Shown in pieces: positions 25,732 to 36,269 of a stretch of 64,000 nucleotides of DNA; positions within the stretch are counted from its first letter, which is position 1, and each line of letters starts with the position of its first letter. The notes beneath the pieces were generated by a model, which saw only the letters and a list, made by a program, of their open reading frames with translations, ran no database searches and was not told where the DNA came from. The position numbers and the translations under genes are program-made. Origin of the DNA: Dehalococcoidia bacterium (lineage in GTDB: Bacteria > Chloroflexota > Dehalococcoidia > Lucifugimonadales > JAGWBF01); the NCBI GenBank assembly GCA_034423015.1, contig DAOUJG010000063.1, forward strand, positions 112,865 through 176,864, given 5' to 3'.

Positions 25732-27483
25732 TCAGACGTTCCCCGTGCTCCCGGCCAGCCTCTTCCTCAGCCGGGCCGTGGCCCGCTCGTCCACAGCGCC
25801 GTCTTTCACGACCACCCCGTACACCTCTTTAGCCGCTTCCGGGGATATCCGGTCGTCCACCAGGTCCGCCAGGACCAGGGACGGCTCCCGGAGCAGGGGG
25901 TCGCCGAAGCCGCCGCCGCCGGCTGTCCGCACGCTGACCACGTCCCCCGCCTGCAGGTGAATGCCCGCGGTCACGGCCCTCACGGACCGCTCCCCGGGCG
26001 TATCCGGGTTTATGACGAAGGCGCTGGGGGAGCCGCTCAGGCCTCCCTCCAGGCCCTCCGCCGGATGGGTCTCCCGGTCGGCGGTGGTCGACAGGATGGT
26101 GTCCTCGGCCAGAACGCGGGTGTCCCGCCGGATGGGCATGCCCCCGCGGAAGCTGCCCGGGCCGCCGCCGTCCCGCAGGAGCTCGTACCGGAGCACCTGC
26201 AGCGGGTACGCCAGCTCCATGCTCTCCACCGGCAGGTTGGCGGAGCCCGAGGCGTGGATGCGGACGGCATCGGTGCCGTCCCGGGTGCGCCGGGCTCCCA
26301 GGGCTCCGGCGAAGGTCTCGTAGTCCACCCACGGCTGGTCGGAGCCAGGCAGCGTGCCCCCGTAGGTGCACAGGGAGTGGGGCCCCGAGGGAGCCAGGGA
26401 CTTCTCGGGCATCGCCTGGACCAGCGCGCCCACAACGACGTCGCCCAGGATGCCGCAGCTCGTCGCCCGGGCGCCCACCGCCGCGGGGGGCACCGGGTTC
26501 ACCAGGCACCCTTCGGGCGCGACGACGCGGACGGGCTTGTAGGTGCCCGAGTTGGGGGGCAGGTCAGGGTCCAGGAGCATCTTGAGGACGAAGTACACGA
26601 CGGACAGGGTGGCGACCATGGGGACGTTCTTGCCGCTGTCCATCTGGGGGTCCGTGCCGGTGAAATCGAACTCCACCACACCGTCCTTCACGGTGGCGGC
26701 GCACTCGATGCGCACCGGGGTGTCCTGAAAGCCATCGCTGTCCAGGTAGTCGACGAACCTGTAGGTGCCCTCCTTCAGCCTCCCGATGAGGCGGCGCATC
26801 CGCCTCTCGCTGTAGTCCAGGAAGTGCTCGACGCAATCCAGCATGGTGCCGGCGCCGTACCGCTCGCACACCTGGTGGACGCCCCGGACCCCAACGTGGA
26901 GGGCCGCCATCTGGGCCTGCAGGTCCCCCAGGCGCTCCTCGGGCGTGCGGCTGTTGGACATGATGATCTGGGTGACACCGTCGTCCTCTCCCAGCTCGGG
27001 GTACACCCGCACGGGAGGCAGGCGGATGCCCTCCTCGTATATGGTCTTGCACGCCGCCGACTCGCTGCCCGGCACCATGCCGCCCACGTCGGCGTGGTGG
27101 GCTATGTCGGCGACGAAGGCCACCAGGGAGTCCTCATAGAACACCGGGGAGACGGCGGTGATGTCGGGCAGGTGGGCGCCCCCGCCACGGTAGGGGTCGT
27201 TGGCCAGGAACATGTCGCCGGGTTTCAGTTTGTCCTTGGGAAACCTCTTCAGCACCTCGTCGATCAACCCCACCATGGAGCCCAGGTGCATGGGCACGAA
27301 GGGCGCCTGGGCGATGATCTGGCCCTCGGGCCCGAATATGCAGGTGGAGCAGTCTCTCCGCTCGCGGATGTTGGGAGAGTGGGACGCCGTGATCATGGCG
27401 AGCCCCAGCTCGTCGGACACGGACAGGAGCAGGTTCGCGACCACCTCGGCCAGGATCGGGTCTACTTCCGTCTTGGTGCTCAA
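25732..27483 (-). CDS. Hydantoinase B/5-oxoprolinase beta-subunit family protein
   Basis: SHSPNIRERRDCS, PMHLGSM, NDPYRGGGAHLPD, HHADVGG. Confidence 0.93.
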   Translation of the reverse strand: MSTKTEVDPILAEVVANLLLSVSDELGLAMITASHSPNIRERRDCSTCIFGPEGQIIAQAPFVPMHLGSMVGLIDEVLKRFPKDKLKPGDMFLANDPYRGGGAHLPDITAVSPVFYEDSLVAFVADIAHHADVGGMVPGSESAACKTIYEEGIRLPPVRVYPELGEDDGVTQIIMSNSRTPEERLGDLQAQMAALHVGVRGVHQVCERYGAGTMLDCVEHFLDYSERRMRRLIGRLKEGTYRFVDYLDSDGFQDTPVRIECAATVKDGVVEFDFTGTDPQMDSGKNVPMVATLSVVYFVLKMLLDPDLPPNSGTYKPVRVVAPEGCLVNPVPPAAVGARATSCGILGDVVVGALVQAMPEKSLAPSGPHSLCTYGGTLPGSDQPWVDYETFAGALGARRTRDGTDAVRIHASGSANLPVESMELAYPLQVLRYELLRDGGGPGSFRGGMPIRRDTRVLAEDTILSTTADRETHPAEGLEGGLSGSPSAFVINPDTPGERSVRAVTAGIHLQAGDVVSVRTAGGGGFGDPLLREPSLVLADLVDDRISPEAAKEVYGVVVKDGAVDERATARLRKRLAGSTGNV

Positions 27484-27492
27484 CCGTTCCCC

Positions 27493-29580
27493 CTACGTAG
27501 ATATTAGCAGGCTCAGGTACTGGTCCACGTTGGCCTCCTGGCCGGGCAGCAGGACGGTGGTCGAGTCCATCTGCTCGATCACCGCCGGACCGGGAACTCT
27601 GTCCCCCGGCTCCAGGCTGGGCCTCCAGTACACCGGGCACTCGCCGAACCCGTGCTCCTGGCCAAGATAAACTTCCCTGGTGGAGCTGAGAGCCCGGGCG
27701 TGGTCGCCGTCCCCCGGGGAGCGGGCTTTTAGCTCCGGCTGGGGCCCCGGGGCGCTCACCTGGAGGCGAAAGTGGACCATCTCCACCGGAGTGCCCCTGC
27801 GGGCGTAGCCGTAACCTTCTTCGTAGGTGGCATGGAAGTCTTCCAGGAGCCGCTCCACGGCGCCGGCCGGGCTCCCGTCGGGGTGCGCGACGATGGGTAA
27901 CTGGTGGCCCTGTCCCGCGTACCGCATCTCCACCACCCGGGTACTTCCCGCCGAGGACCGGTCGATGCCCTCGCTCCTGAGCCACCTGTACGCGCGACTC
28001 TCCAGGCCCGCAAAGACGCGTTCCACAGTACGATGGGCTACCGTGCGATGGGAGGTGGATGCGTGGTCCCGCCCGTTCCCGTCCAGGGCCAGCACGTGGG
28101 ACTGGCTGAACTCGGCGCGGACATCGGCCATCAGCAGCCCCAGGGCGCAAAGCACCCCCGGGGCCTCGGGGACCAGCACAGTGCCGATGTCCATCTCGGC
28201 GGCAAGCTGGACCGCGTGCATAGGGCCGGCCCCTCCGAAGGCCACCAGCGTAAAGGTACGCGGGTCGTGGCCCCTCTCCACCGAGACCACGCGGACGGCC
28301 CGGGCGAGGTTGCTGGTCATCACCCCGTTGGCGCCGTAGAGGGCCCTCTCGATGGAGAACCCCATGGGGCCGCAAACGTCCGTCTCCAGGGCGCGGCGGG
28401 CCGGGGCCTCCTGGAGGGCGACCCGGTCCCCGAGCTCCCGGCTGGGGCTGAGGCGGCGGGCCACCAGGTTGGCGTCGGTTACCGTGGCCCGCGTGCCGCC
28501 CAGTCCATAGCAGGCCGGGCCCGGCCGGGCCCCGGCGCTCTGGGGGCCGACCCGCAGGTAGCCGCCCTCGTCCACCCACAGGATGCTGCCGCCCCCGGCG
28601 CCGATGGAGTGGACGTCCAGGGACGGCTCCAGCACCGGCCACCCCCCTATCTGACGCTCCCGGGAGACGAGGGGGGTGCCGCCGTGGACCAGACAGACGT
28701 CGGTGCTGGTGCCTCCCATGTCCAGGGTTATCAGGTCCCGGTACCCGCTGGCCCCGGCGACCGCGGCGGCCCCCACGACCCCGGCGCTGGGCCCGGACAT
28801 CAGGGTCACGGTGGGGCGTTCTTTGGCGGTGCGCAGCGCCACGGTGCCGCCGTAGGAGCTTGAGATGCGCGGCGGCGAGGACACGCCCAGGGCCTTCACC
28901 CGCCGTCCCAGACGGTCCAGGTACCGGCGCATGACGGGCAGGAGGGCGGCGTTGAGAGTGGTGGTGGAGAAACGCTCGAACTCGCGAAACTCCCTCAAGA
29001 CCTCCGACGAGAGGGAGACCAGGGCCCGGGGAAACGAGCGCTTGAGCAGCGTGCGGGCCCTGCGCTCATGGACGGAGTTGCCGTAGGCGTTGAGGAAACA
29101 GATGGCCACGGCCGGAACCCCTGCATCCCTCAGCTTCTCCGCCGCACGGGTCACCGCCTCTTCGTCCAGGGGGGTGAGCACCCTCCGGTGGACGTCCACG
29201 CGCTCCGGGACCTCCAGGCGGAGGCGCCTGGGGGCCAGGGGCCGGGGCTTTTCGATGTCCAGGTTGTACAGGTGGGGACGCCTCTGCCGGGCCAGCTCCA
29301 GGACGTCCCGGAACCCCTCGGTGGTGATCATGCCTATCTCGGGGAGGCGGTCCTGGAGGACGGCGTTGATAGCCACGGTGGTGCCGTGGGCCAGGGAGTC
29401 GAGCTCCGCCGGGGTGATCCCCTGCTCCGGCAGGACCTCTCCCAGCCCCTCTACCGTGGCCGCCGAAGGCTCGTGGGGGGTGGAGGGGTACTTGTGCAGG
29501 TGCAGGGTCTGGGTCTCGGTGTCGAAGATGACGAAGTCGGTGAAGGTGCCGCCGGTGTCTACGCCTGCGAAATAGGTCAT
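27493..29580 (-). CDS. Hydantoinase A/5-oxoprolinase alpha (ATPase) subunit
   Basis: DTGGTFTD, HGTT, SGPSAG, DMGGTSTD, AFGGAGPMHA. Confidence 0.95.
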   Translation of the reverse strand: MTYFAGVDTGGTFTDFVIFDTETQTLHLHKYPSTPHEPSAATVEGLGEVLPEQGITPAELDSLAHGTTVAINAVLQDRLPEIGMITTEGFRDVLELARQRRPHLYNLDIEKPRPLAPRRLRLEVPERVDVHRRVLTPLDEEAVTRAAEKLRDAGVPAVAICFLNAYGNSVHERRARTLLKRSFPRALVSLSSEVLREFREFERFSTTTLNAALLPVMRRYLDRLGRRVKALGVSSPPRISSSYGGTVALRTAKERPTVTLMSGPSAGVVGAAAVAGASGYRDLITLDMGGTSTDVCLVHGGTPLVSRERQIGGWPVLEPSLDVHSIGAGGGSILWVDEGGYLRVGPQSAGARPGPACYGLGGTRATVTDANLVARRLSPSRELGDRVALQEAPARRALETDVCGPMGFSIERALYGANGVMTSNLARAVRVVSVERGHDPRTFTLVAFGGAGPMHAVQLAAEMDIGTVLVPEAPGVLCALGLLMADVRAEFSQSHVLALDGNGRDHASTSHRTVAHRTVERVFAGLESRAYRWLRSEGIDRSSAGSTRVVEMRYAGQGHQLPIVAHPDGSPAGAVERLLEDFHATYEEGYGYARRGTPVEMVHFRLQVSAPGPQPELKARSPGDGDHARALSSTREVYLGQEHGFGECPVYWRPSLEPGDRVPGPAVIEQMDSTTVLLPGQEANVDQYLSLLIST

Positions 29581-29735
29581 CGGGCCCTTTCCGTAGGGGC
29601 GCTACGTAGCCGAGGTTGGGAGGGTGGAAGTGCTTGGCCCCGCAACGGACAGCGCAGCCGCAGCCGCCGAGGCCGGAGCAATCGTAGCAGCCGAGTCATG
29701 GGCCGTCAAGCTTGCCGGCTGCTATACTGCCTGGA

Positions 29736-30611
29736 ATGAACGGCCTAGCCCTGGGCATGGTGGTGCTCTCCGCCGTGGCCCACGCGACCTGGAACTACCT
29801 GCTCAAGGACGCCCTTCGCCCGGAGGTGTTCAGCTGGTGGTTGCTGGCGGCCATCAGCGTCCTGCTGCTGCCTTTGGGTGCGGTGCTGGCGTGGCAGACC
29901 TCGGTCGAGTCCCCGGGCTGGTGGTACGTCCTGGGCACGGTGGGGCTGCACGCCCTCTACTTCCTCTTCCTGGGGAGGGGATACACCCACGGAGACCTGT
30001 CCCTGGTCTACCCCGTCGCCCGGGGCATGGGCCCCATGGCCGTGCCAGTGCTGGGAGTGATCCTGTTGGACGAGGCGGTCTCCGCCCTGGCCGCGGGAGG
30101 GATAGCCGCTATCGTGATCGGCATATACACCGTGTACTGGTGGGGGAGCATCCAGGCAGTCCTGAGCGACCCCCTCCGGTTTCTGAAGGACCCGGGGGCC
30201 AGGTACGCGCTCCTCACCGGGGCAGTTATCGCGGCCTACTCGGTGTGGGACAAGGTGGGGATACGGTACGTGGACCCGCTGCTGTACATGTACCTCATGT
30301 CCCTGGGCACGGGCCTGACGCTGACGCCCTACATGGCGCGGGTCCACGGACTGGGCAAGCTGGCCGACGAGTTTCGGGCGGGGCCCCTCCGTATCGCCGC
30401 GGCGGGCCTGCTGACCTTTCTGGCCTACGGGCTGGTGCTGTCGGCGTTGGAGTTCTCGCGGGTCAGCTACATATCCCCGGCCAGGGAGGTGGGCATCGTG
30501 TTCGGCGTGGTCCTGGGGGCCACCCTGCTGAAGGAGCCGCTGGCGTGGGGCAGGCTGCTGGGCTCCGCGGCCATCGTGGCCGGAGTGATACTCATAGCCG
30601 TGGCGCCGTGA
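29736..30611 (+). CDS. EamA/DMT family transporter
   Basis: About 10 hydrophobic helices, GDLSLVYPVARG; ATG 7 nt after TGcTATACT (leaderless). Confidence 0.9.
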   Translation: MNGLALGMVVLSAVAHATWNYLLKDALRPEVFSWWLLAAISVLLLPLGAVLAWQTSVESPGWWYVLGTVGLHALYFLFLGRGYTHGDLSLVYPVARGMGPMAVPVLGVILLDEAVSALAAGGIAAIVIGIYTVYWWGSIQAVLSDPLRFLKDPGARYALLTGAVIAAYSVWDKVGIRYVDPLLYMYLMSLGTGLTLTPYMARVHGLGKLADEFRAGPLRIAAAGLLTFLAYGLVLSALEFSRVSYISPAREVGIVFGVVLGATLLKEPLAWGRLLGSAAIVAGVILIAVAP

Positions 30612-30641
30612 GGCCCATCCATGGCCTACTCCTGCGAGGCG

Positions 30642-32072
30642 CTACCGGCTCTCCGTCAGCCGATAGATGCCTTCGTTCCGGGAGAGGACATACAGGTTGC
30701 CCTCCAGGTCCTCGCCAAAGGAGGTGATGAAGAGCTCCGACTCGGCCAGCAGGGCCTGCTCCCCTACCGAACCGCCTTCGAGGCGAAGCCCCCATATCCG
30801 CCCGGAGCAATAGTCGCCGTACACGTAGGCGCCGGCCAGGTCGGGTATCGCGCCGCCCCGGTACACGTAGCCGCCGGTGACCGAGCAGTTGTCCCCGGTC
30901 CGGGGGTACTCCCACACCGGAGACGCGAGCACGGCGGAGTCGCACGCCGCCTCCCACCGGAAGCGGTGAAGGCCCTCCATGCACCTCCAGCCGTAGTTGC
31001 CCCCGCCCTCCAGGACGCCTATCTCCTCCCACGCGTTCTGGCCCACGTCGGCCGCCCACAGGCGCCCGGAGGCTTCGAAGGAGAACCTCCAGGGGTTTCT
31101 CAGGCCGTAGGCCCATATCTCCCAGCGCACTCCCGGCTCTCCGACGAAGGGGTTGTCGTGGGGTATCCGGTACGGCTCCCCGGGTGACGATTGGGACACG
31201 TCTATCCGCAGGACCGACCCCAGCAGGGTCTCCAGGTCCTGGCCGTTGTCCCCGGGGTCGCCGGCGCTGCCGCCGTCGCCCAGAGCCACGTACAGGTATC
31301 CATCGGGCCCGAAGGCGATCTGCCCGCCGTTGTGGTTTCCGAAGGGCTGGGGTATCTCCATGACGACCAGCTCGCTGCCGGGGTCCGCCCTCAGCGGGTC
31401 GCCCGGGCTCACGGAGAAGCGGGACACCACCGACCGCCTGGGACTGCCGGCCGAGTAGTGGACATAGAAGAAGCCGTTCCCGGCGTAGCCGGGATCGAAG
31501 GCCAGCCCCAGGAGGCCCTCCTCGTTGTTTACCTCCCTGACCCTATCCCTGATATCAAGGAACACGCCGGCCTCGGCGGCGTCCTGCCGGTTGGGAAAGA
31601 GACGCACCAAGCCCGCCTGCTCGGTGACGAAGAGCATCCCTCGACCGTCGTCGGGCTGGGCCAGGTTGGTCAGCCTGCGGAACTCGAGGTCGGGAAACGC
31701 CCGCTCCACGTCCACCTGGGGCAACGGACCTGGGGCTGCGGGCCGAGCGGCGTTCCCGGTGGGTTCCGGAGACTGAGTTAGCGCCGGAGGTGTCTCCGGC
31801 TCCCCGGTCGGAGGAGCCGGAGTGGCATCGGAGGTCGGCGAAGCCGGCCACGGGGGCGGCGAGAGGGCCGGGGCCGTTTCCGGCACGGGTACGGCCGTGC
31901 CAGCGGCCGGCGACGGGGTTGCTACGTCGGGCGCCGGGGTGTCCGACGAGTCGCAGGCGGCCGCCAGCAGGGCCAGGAGGACCAGGGCCTTGCCCAGGGT
32001 CTTCCCGATGGAGCCCGGGCCAATGGAGGCCAGCCCGACGGCGCCCAACGGGTCACGCCAGGGGCTCGGCAA
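30642..32072 (-). CDS. PQQ-dependent glucose/sorbosone dehydrogenase family lipoprotein
   Basis: Lipobox LAAAC, Pro-rich linker, NHNGGQIAFGPDGYLY, YGLRNPWRFSF; start approximate. Confidence 0.9.
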   Translation of the reverse strand: MPSPWRDPLGAVGLASIGPGSIGKTLGKALVLLALLAAACDSSDTPAPDVATPSPAAGTAVPVPETAPALSPPPWPASPTSDATPAPPTGEPETPPALTQSPEPTGNAARPAAPGPLPQVDVERAFPDLEFRRLTNLAQPDDGRGMLFVTEQAGLVRLFPNRQDAAEAGVFLDIRDRVREVNNEEGLLGLAFDPGYAGNGFFYVHYSAGSPRRSVVSRFSVSPGDPLRADPGSELVVMEIPQPFGNHNGGQIAFGPDGYLYVALGDGGSAGDPGDNGQDLETLLGSVLRIDVSQSSPGEPYRIPHDNPFVGEPGVRWEIWAYGLRNPWRFSFEASGRLWAADVGQNAWEEIGVLEGGGNYGWRCMEGLHRFRWEAACDSAVLASPVWEYPRTGDNCSVTGGYVYRGGAIPDLAGAYVYGDYCSGRIWGLRLEGGSVGEQALLAESELFITSFGEDLEGNLYVLSRNEGIYRLTESR

Positions 32073-32403
32073 AGCTCAGCTCGTGCCCGTCGGGGTCGGT
32101 GATGTGGAAGTACCGCTCGCCCCACTCGCCGTCCCTCGGCTCGTCGGGCTCCAGGCCGCTCCCTCTGAGCTGCCGATACCGCTCGTCCACCCCCTCGACG
32201 TGCAGGATGACGCGGCCCCACCAGGCGGGCTCCCGGGAGGGGTCCAGGACCAGATTGAGGGAGTCCCTGCCGACCCGGAAGCTGGTGAAGGAGGCGTTCT
32301 CCCCGCCGTAGGACATCTCCAGCCCCACCTTATGGTAGAACCGCACCGCCCTGGCCATGTCCCGCACGGCCAGGGTCACGGCGCTGATGTGCTTCATTGT
32401 CAT
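32053..32403 (-). CDS. VOC/glyoxalase family protein
   Basis: VTL.V.DM..A..FY; WGERYFHITDPDGHELSF. Confidence 0.9.
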   Translation of the reverse strand: MTMKHISAVTLAVRDMARAVRFYHKVGLEMSYGGENASFTSFRVGRDSLNLVLDPSREPAWWGRVILHVEGVDERYRQLRGSGLEPDEPRDGEWGERYFHITDPDGHELSFAEPLA

Positions 32404-32583
32404 CGGGGCCCGTCACCTCCGCGGGTCTCGTCCCACCCTCGACCCGGCCACCGGCGATTGTATCGGCCAGCCGCCGATTCCACAAGACCCGCTCCGTTTG
32501 ATATTCTCGGTACTCGAACATAGAATGATGGCACGAGGATGGCACGAGGCGAAGACGGCCCTCGGACTGTGGAGGAGGGTAGC

Positions 32584-33366
32584 ATGCTGCTGGAAGGTAA
32601 GGCCGCCCTGGTCACGGGGGGCGGACGCGGCCTGGGACGGGCCATCTCCCTGCGACTGGCCGAGGGGGGAGCCCGCGTCGCCGTCGCAGATATAGACGCC
32701 GCGACGGCGGGAGGTACGTGTCAGGCGATCCGCGACGCAGGCGGGGAGGGCGTGGCCATCCAGGCCGACGTGGCCGACCTGGACCAGATCGACCGCATGG
32801 TCCGGGAGGCCGTAGGAGCCTTCGACGGCCTGGACATCTTCGTGAACAACGCCGCGGTGACCCAGGCGGCCCGGATCATGGACATCGACGAGGAGCTGTG
32901 GGACCGCATCCACCGGGTGAACGCCAAGGGGGCCTTCTTCTGCATGCAGAGGGTAGCCCGGGAGATGATGCGCCTGGGCAAGGGGGGCCGCATCGTCAAC
33001 ATGTCCTCGGTGGCGGGCAAGGGGTTTCCCGGCGGCTCCAACGCCGCCTATGCTGCCGCCAAGGCCGGCATCATCGCCATGACCCAGCTTGCGACGCACC
33101 CCTTTGCCGAGCACGACATCAACGTGAACTCCATCTGCCCCGGGGCCGTGCGGACGCCGATGCTGGAGGCCACCAGCTCCCAGAGGGCCCGGGAGGAGGG
33201 GGTTTCCCTGGAGGAGATGATGCGGCGGGCAGAGGCGTCCATCCCCCTGGGCCGGATCATCGAGCCCGGGGACATAGCCGAGATGGCGGCGTTCCTCGCC
33301 GGGCCGGGCGGGCGCAACATCACGGGACAGGCCTTCAACGTCGACGGCGGCGTGGTGATGCACTGA
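32584..33366 (+). CDS. SDR family oxidoreductase
   Basis: TGGGRGLG, NNAA, YAAAK; start ATG 32584. Confidence 0.95.
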   Translation: MLLEGKAALVTGGGRGLGRAISLRLAEGGARVAVADIDAATAGGTCQAIRDAGGEGVAIQADVADLDQIDRMVREAVGAFDGLDIFVNNAAVTQAARIMDIDEELWDRIHRVNAKGAFFCMQRVAREMMRLGKGGRIVNMSSVAGKGFPGGSNAAYAAAKAGIIAMTQLATHPFAEHDINVNSICPGAVRTPMLEATSSQRAREEGVSLEEMMRRAEASIPLGRIIEPGDIAEMAAFLAGPGGRNITGQAFNVDGGVVMH

Positions 33367-33405
33367 CGGGCCGTCGCACTCGACCCTGAGCCATTAGGAG
33401 GCGGC

Positions 33406-33693
33406 ATGATAGGAGTTCTCACCCACCACTGGGCCAAGGAGGACAGGCTGGAGGAGGCCCGGGCCCTGCTGGACAGGAACGGCGCGGCCCAGAGTAGGGC
33501 GCCCGGGTTCGGCAGCCGCTGGACCCTCTATTCCCTGACGGACCCCACCAAGATCACGACCCTGGTGACCTGGGACAGCAACGAGATCTACGACGCCTGG
33601 CGGGCCAGCCCCCAGCGAGCGGAGGTGATGGCGGGGGCCGACCAGCTCTGGTCGCGGCACCCGGAGTCGGAGCGGTTCGAGGTGGTCGACTAG
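33406..33693 (+). CDS. Antibiotic biosynthesis monooxygenase (ABM) family protein
   Basis: APGF...TWDSNEIYDAWRAS pattern; RBS AGGAGG. Confidence 0.75.
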   Translation: MIGVLTHHWAKEDRLEEARALLDRNGAAQSRAPGFGSRWTLYSLTDPTKITTLVTWDSNEIYDAWRASPQRAEVMAGADQLWSRHPESERFEVVD

Positions 33694-34001
33694 CCGGGCA
33701 CGTCGATGTCCAGCAGGGGCGCGTGCTGCTGGCCGCCGTAGATGTCGCTGTCGCCCAGGTCTCCGGAGAAGACGGGCCGGGGTATGCTGAACTTGATGGC
33801 CAGCGCGTTGTCGCAGTGGAAGAAGAGGACGTCGTCCTCATCCTGACGGTACATGCGGGCCACCAGTTCCCTGGTGATGGCGTTGGACTCCTTCACTCGC
33901 TGGTACACGTCGGCGTCGTCGAACATGATGTCGAAGGTCAGCACAAAGGGGCCCGCGTTCTTGCTACGGACCAGCTTGGTCACTTCCCACAGCTTGGGCA
34001 T
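33690..34001 (-). CDS. DUF4387 family protein
   Basis: VRSKNAGPF.LTFDI...D.YGGQQHAPL. Confidence 0.9.
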   Translation of the reverse strand: MPKLWEVTKLVRSKNAGPFVLTFDIMFDDADVYQRVKESNAITRELVARMYRQDEDDVLFFHCDNALAIKFSIPRPVFSGDLGDSDIYGGQQHAPLLDIDVPG

Positions 34002-34085
34002 GTCACCTCCGACGTGCGGCGGGCACCGGCCTGCCGCCTCGGGGCTTGGGCTTGCCCCGCCCCGTAGGCGGTCGAGGCCCGACCG

Positions 34086-35456
34086 CTATACTTGCACCAT
34101 CTCCCGGGGGAACATCTCGTAGGGGTCGTCGGGCTCGACCACGTGGTTCAGGTTGAACCTGTGGACGGGCCCCCGGTTGAGCACCGGCGGGCTGTACGGG
34201 TACGCCATCCCGGTGATCAGCCCGTGCCACTCGGGCACCGGGTGGTGCAGGGCCAGGCCGGCGCAGCTCGTGCATATGGACTCGGCGAGACCCTGCTCCG
34301 GCGCGGTGACCTCGATGAAGAGGCACAGCTCGTGGGCCGGGGTCTCCACCGGCTCCAGGGAGCCCATGGCCCCGTTCCGCCCGTAAACCCGGAAGTGTAA
34401 GGAGTAGTCCTTGTCCACCTCCAGGCCGCCGAAGGCCTCGTGGATCCGGTCCACCTGCTTCTCCCGCAGGCTCTCCAGCCAGCTATCGATCTGCCGGATG
34501 ATGATGGGGTCGCGTATGCCGCCGATGGCCACGCTCTGCTGCCCGGCCAGCTCCACCCCCTCCAGCTTGACCGTATACCTGTCCGCGGGCACCCACCGGC
34601 TGTCCGACACCTTCACGGCCCGGTCCGAGACGGCCTCGTAGCGGGAGCTCGAGGTGTCCAGCATGCCGGAGCACTCGTAGAGGTGGTAGGGGTCGGCGTT
34701 CTCGTACAGCGTGTGGGACGCCACGCTCTGTGGGGTGCACCAGAGCTGCTCGCCCGGAGGCTCCACGACGAAGTGGTCCTTCCTGATGTAGGCGAACATG
34801 CAGTCCGGCGACTTCCGGATGGCGGCGCAGGCGGCGCCGCACTCCAAAGTCTTGGCCGCGTGCCACACCGGGGCCTCGGGGAAGCCATGGACCATAGGCA
34901 GGGCGGCGAACAGAGACGTATCGCTGGACCGCCCGGCCAGCACCACGTCGGCCCCCTCCTCCAAGGCCTTGGCGATGGGCTCGGGGCCCATCATCCCGAC
35001 GATGTGGATGCTGCGGTTGATCACCTCTTCGTCCAGGGCCGGGGCCGGCTTCAGGGGGGTAATCTTGCCGTCGTGGAGTTTGCCCTGCAGGTACTCGCGG
35101 TCCTGCTCCGAGCGGACCAGGGCCAGCTTGAAGTGGAGGTCCTCCTCCTTGGCCACCTCCAGGGTTACGTCCCGGACCAGGTCCAGGCCCAGGTTGCCGC
35201 CGCCGGTGCCGCAGGAGCCGATGATCAGGGGCACGCCGGCCTTCCTGGCCGCCAGCAGCATCAGCCGCAGGTCCCTCTTGATGGCCGACCTGGGGAACTG
35301 TCCCCTGCCCGTGGCCAGCGGGTCGGGCCCGGTGTCGGTGGAGCCGGCGTCGCAGGCGACGAAGTGGGGATCCAGCCCCATGGCCTTGGTCAGAGAACTC
35401 TCCAGGAAGCCGGAGCCCAGCATACCCGTCGGGGCCACGGCCCGTATCTCGTCCAC
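34086..35456 (-). CDS. AtuA (DUF1446) family protein
   Basis: PTGMLGSG, DAGSTD.GP, GADVVLAGRSSD, HTLYENADP; GTG start at 35456. Confidence 0.9.
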   Translation of the reverse strand: MDEIRAVAPTGMLGSGFLESSLTKAMGLDPHFVACDAGSTDTGPDPLATGRGQFPRSAIKRDLRLMLLAARKAGVPLIIGSCGTGGGNLGLDLVRDVTLEVAKEEDLHFKLALVRSEQDREYLQGKLHDGKITPLKPAPALDEEVINRSIHIVGMMGPEPIAKALEEGADVVLAGRSSDTSLFAALPMVHGFPEAPVWHAAKTLECGAACAAIRKSPDCMFAYIRKDHFVVEPPGEQLWCTPQSVASHTLYENADPYHLYECSGMLDTSSSRYEAVSDRAVKVSDSRWVPADRYTVKLEGVELAGQQSVAIGGIRDPIIIRQIDSWLESLREKQVDRIHEAFGGLEVDKDYSLHFRVYGRNGAMGSLEPVETPAHELCLFIEVTAPEQGLAESICTSCAGLALHHPVPEWHGLITGMAYPYSPPVLNRGPVHRFNLNHVVEPDDPYEMFPREMVQV

Positions 35457-35516
35457 GCAGCACCTCCTCATGGAATGGGATTCAAGACGGCCCTGGGGCG
35501 CCTTGGCCCGGCCGAC

Positions 35517-36269
35517 CTACTGGGCGGTGTAGCCGCCGTCCACGGCCAGCTCCGCGCCCGTGATGTAGGAGGCCTCGTCCGACGCCAGGAACAGGACGGC
35601 GTTGGCGACCTCCTCCTGGCGGCCCCGCCTGCGCATGGGGGTACCGTCGATCACCAGCCGCTCCTCGTCGTCGGAGTAGGCGGGTTGGTTCATCATGGGG
35701 GGCATGAACCCGGGGTGGACTGAGTTGACCCGGACGCCCTCCTGGGCGTGGCGGACGGCCATGGCCTTGGTGAACAGCCTGACCGCGCCCTTGGAGGCGT
35801 GGTAGGCGCCGTGCCCGAAGGGGTTGCCTACCAGCCCCATGATGGACGATATGTTGACGATGGAGCCACCGCCCGCCTCGATCATGTGGGGGACCGCGTG
35901 AATGGTGCCCAGGTACACGCCCTTGGCGTTGATGTCCATGATGCGGTCCCACCCGTCGACACTGGAGGAGTCGGGGTAGAGGCGACTGCTGATGCCGGCG
36001 TTGTTCACCAGGATGTCCAGCTTGCCGAACCTCTCCACCGTCTTCGACACCACCGTCTTCCAGTCCTGTTCGCTGGTCACGTCCATGGGCAGGAACATCG
36101 CTTCGCCCCCGGCCTCGGCGATCTCCGCCTCCACCTGCCGGCCCTCGGCCTCCAGGACGTCGCCGATCACCACCCTGGCCCCTTCCCGCACGAACATCCT
36201 GGCTTCCACCGCGCCCATGCCGTGGGCCCCTCCGGTGATTATGGCAACCTTGCCCTCGAGTCTCATCAC
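35517..36269 (-). CDS. SDR family oxidoreductase
   Basis: TGGAHGMG, NNAGI, YHASK. Confidence 0.95.
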   Translation of the reverse strand: MMRLEGKVAIITGGAHGMGAVEARMFVREGARVVIGDVLEAEGRQVEAEIAEAGGEAMFLPMDVTSEQDWKTVVSKTVERFGKLDILVNNAGISSRLYPDSSSVDGWDRIMDINAKGVYLGTIHAVPHMIEAGGGSIVNISSIMGLVGNPFGHGAYHASKGAVRLFTKAMAVRHAQEGVRVNSVHPGFMPPMMNQPAYSDDEERLVIDGTPMRRRGRQEEVANAVLFLASDEASYITGAELAVDGGYTAQ

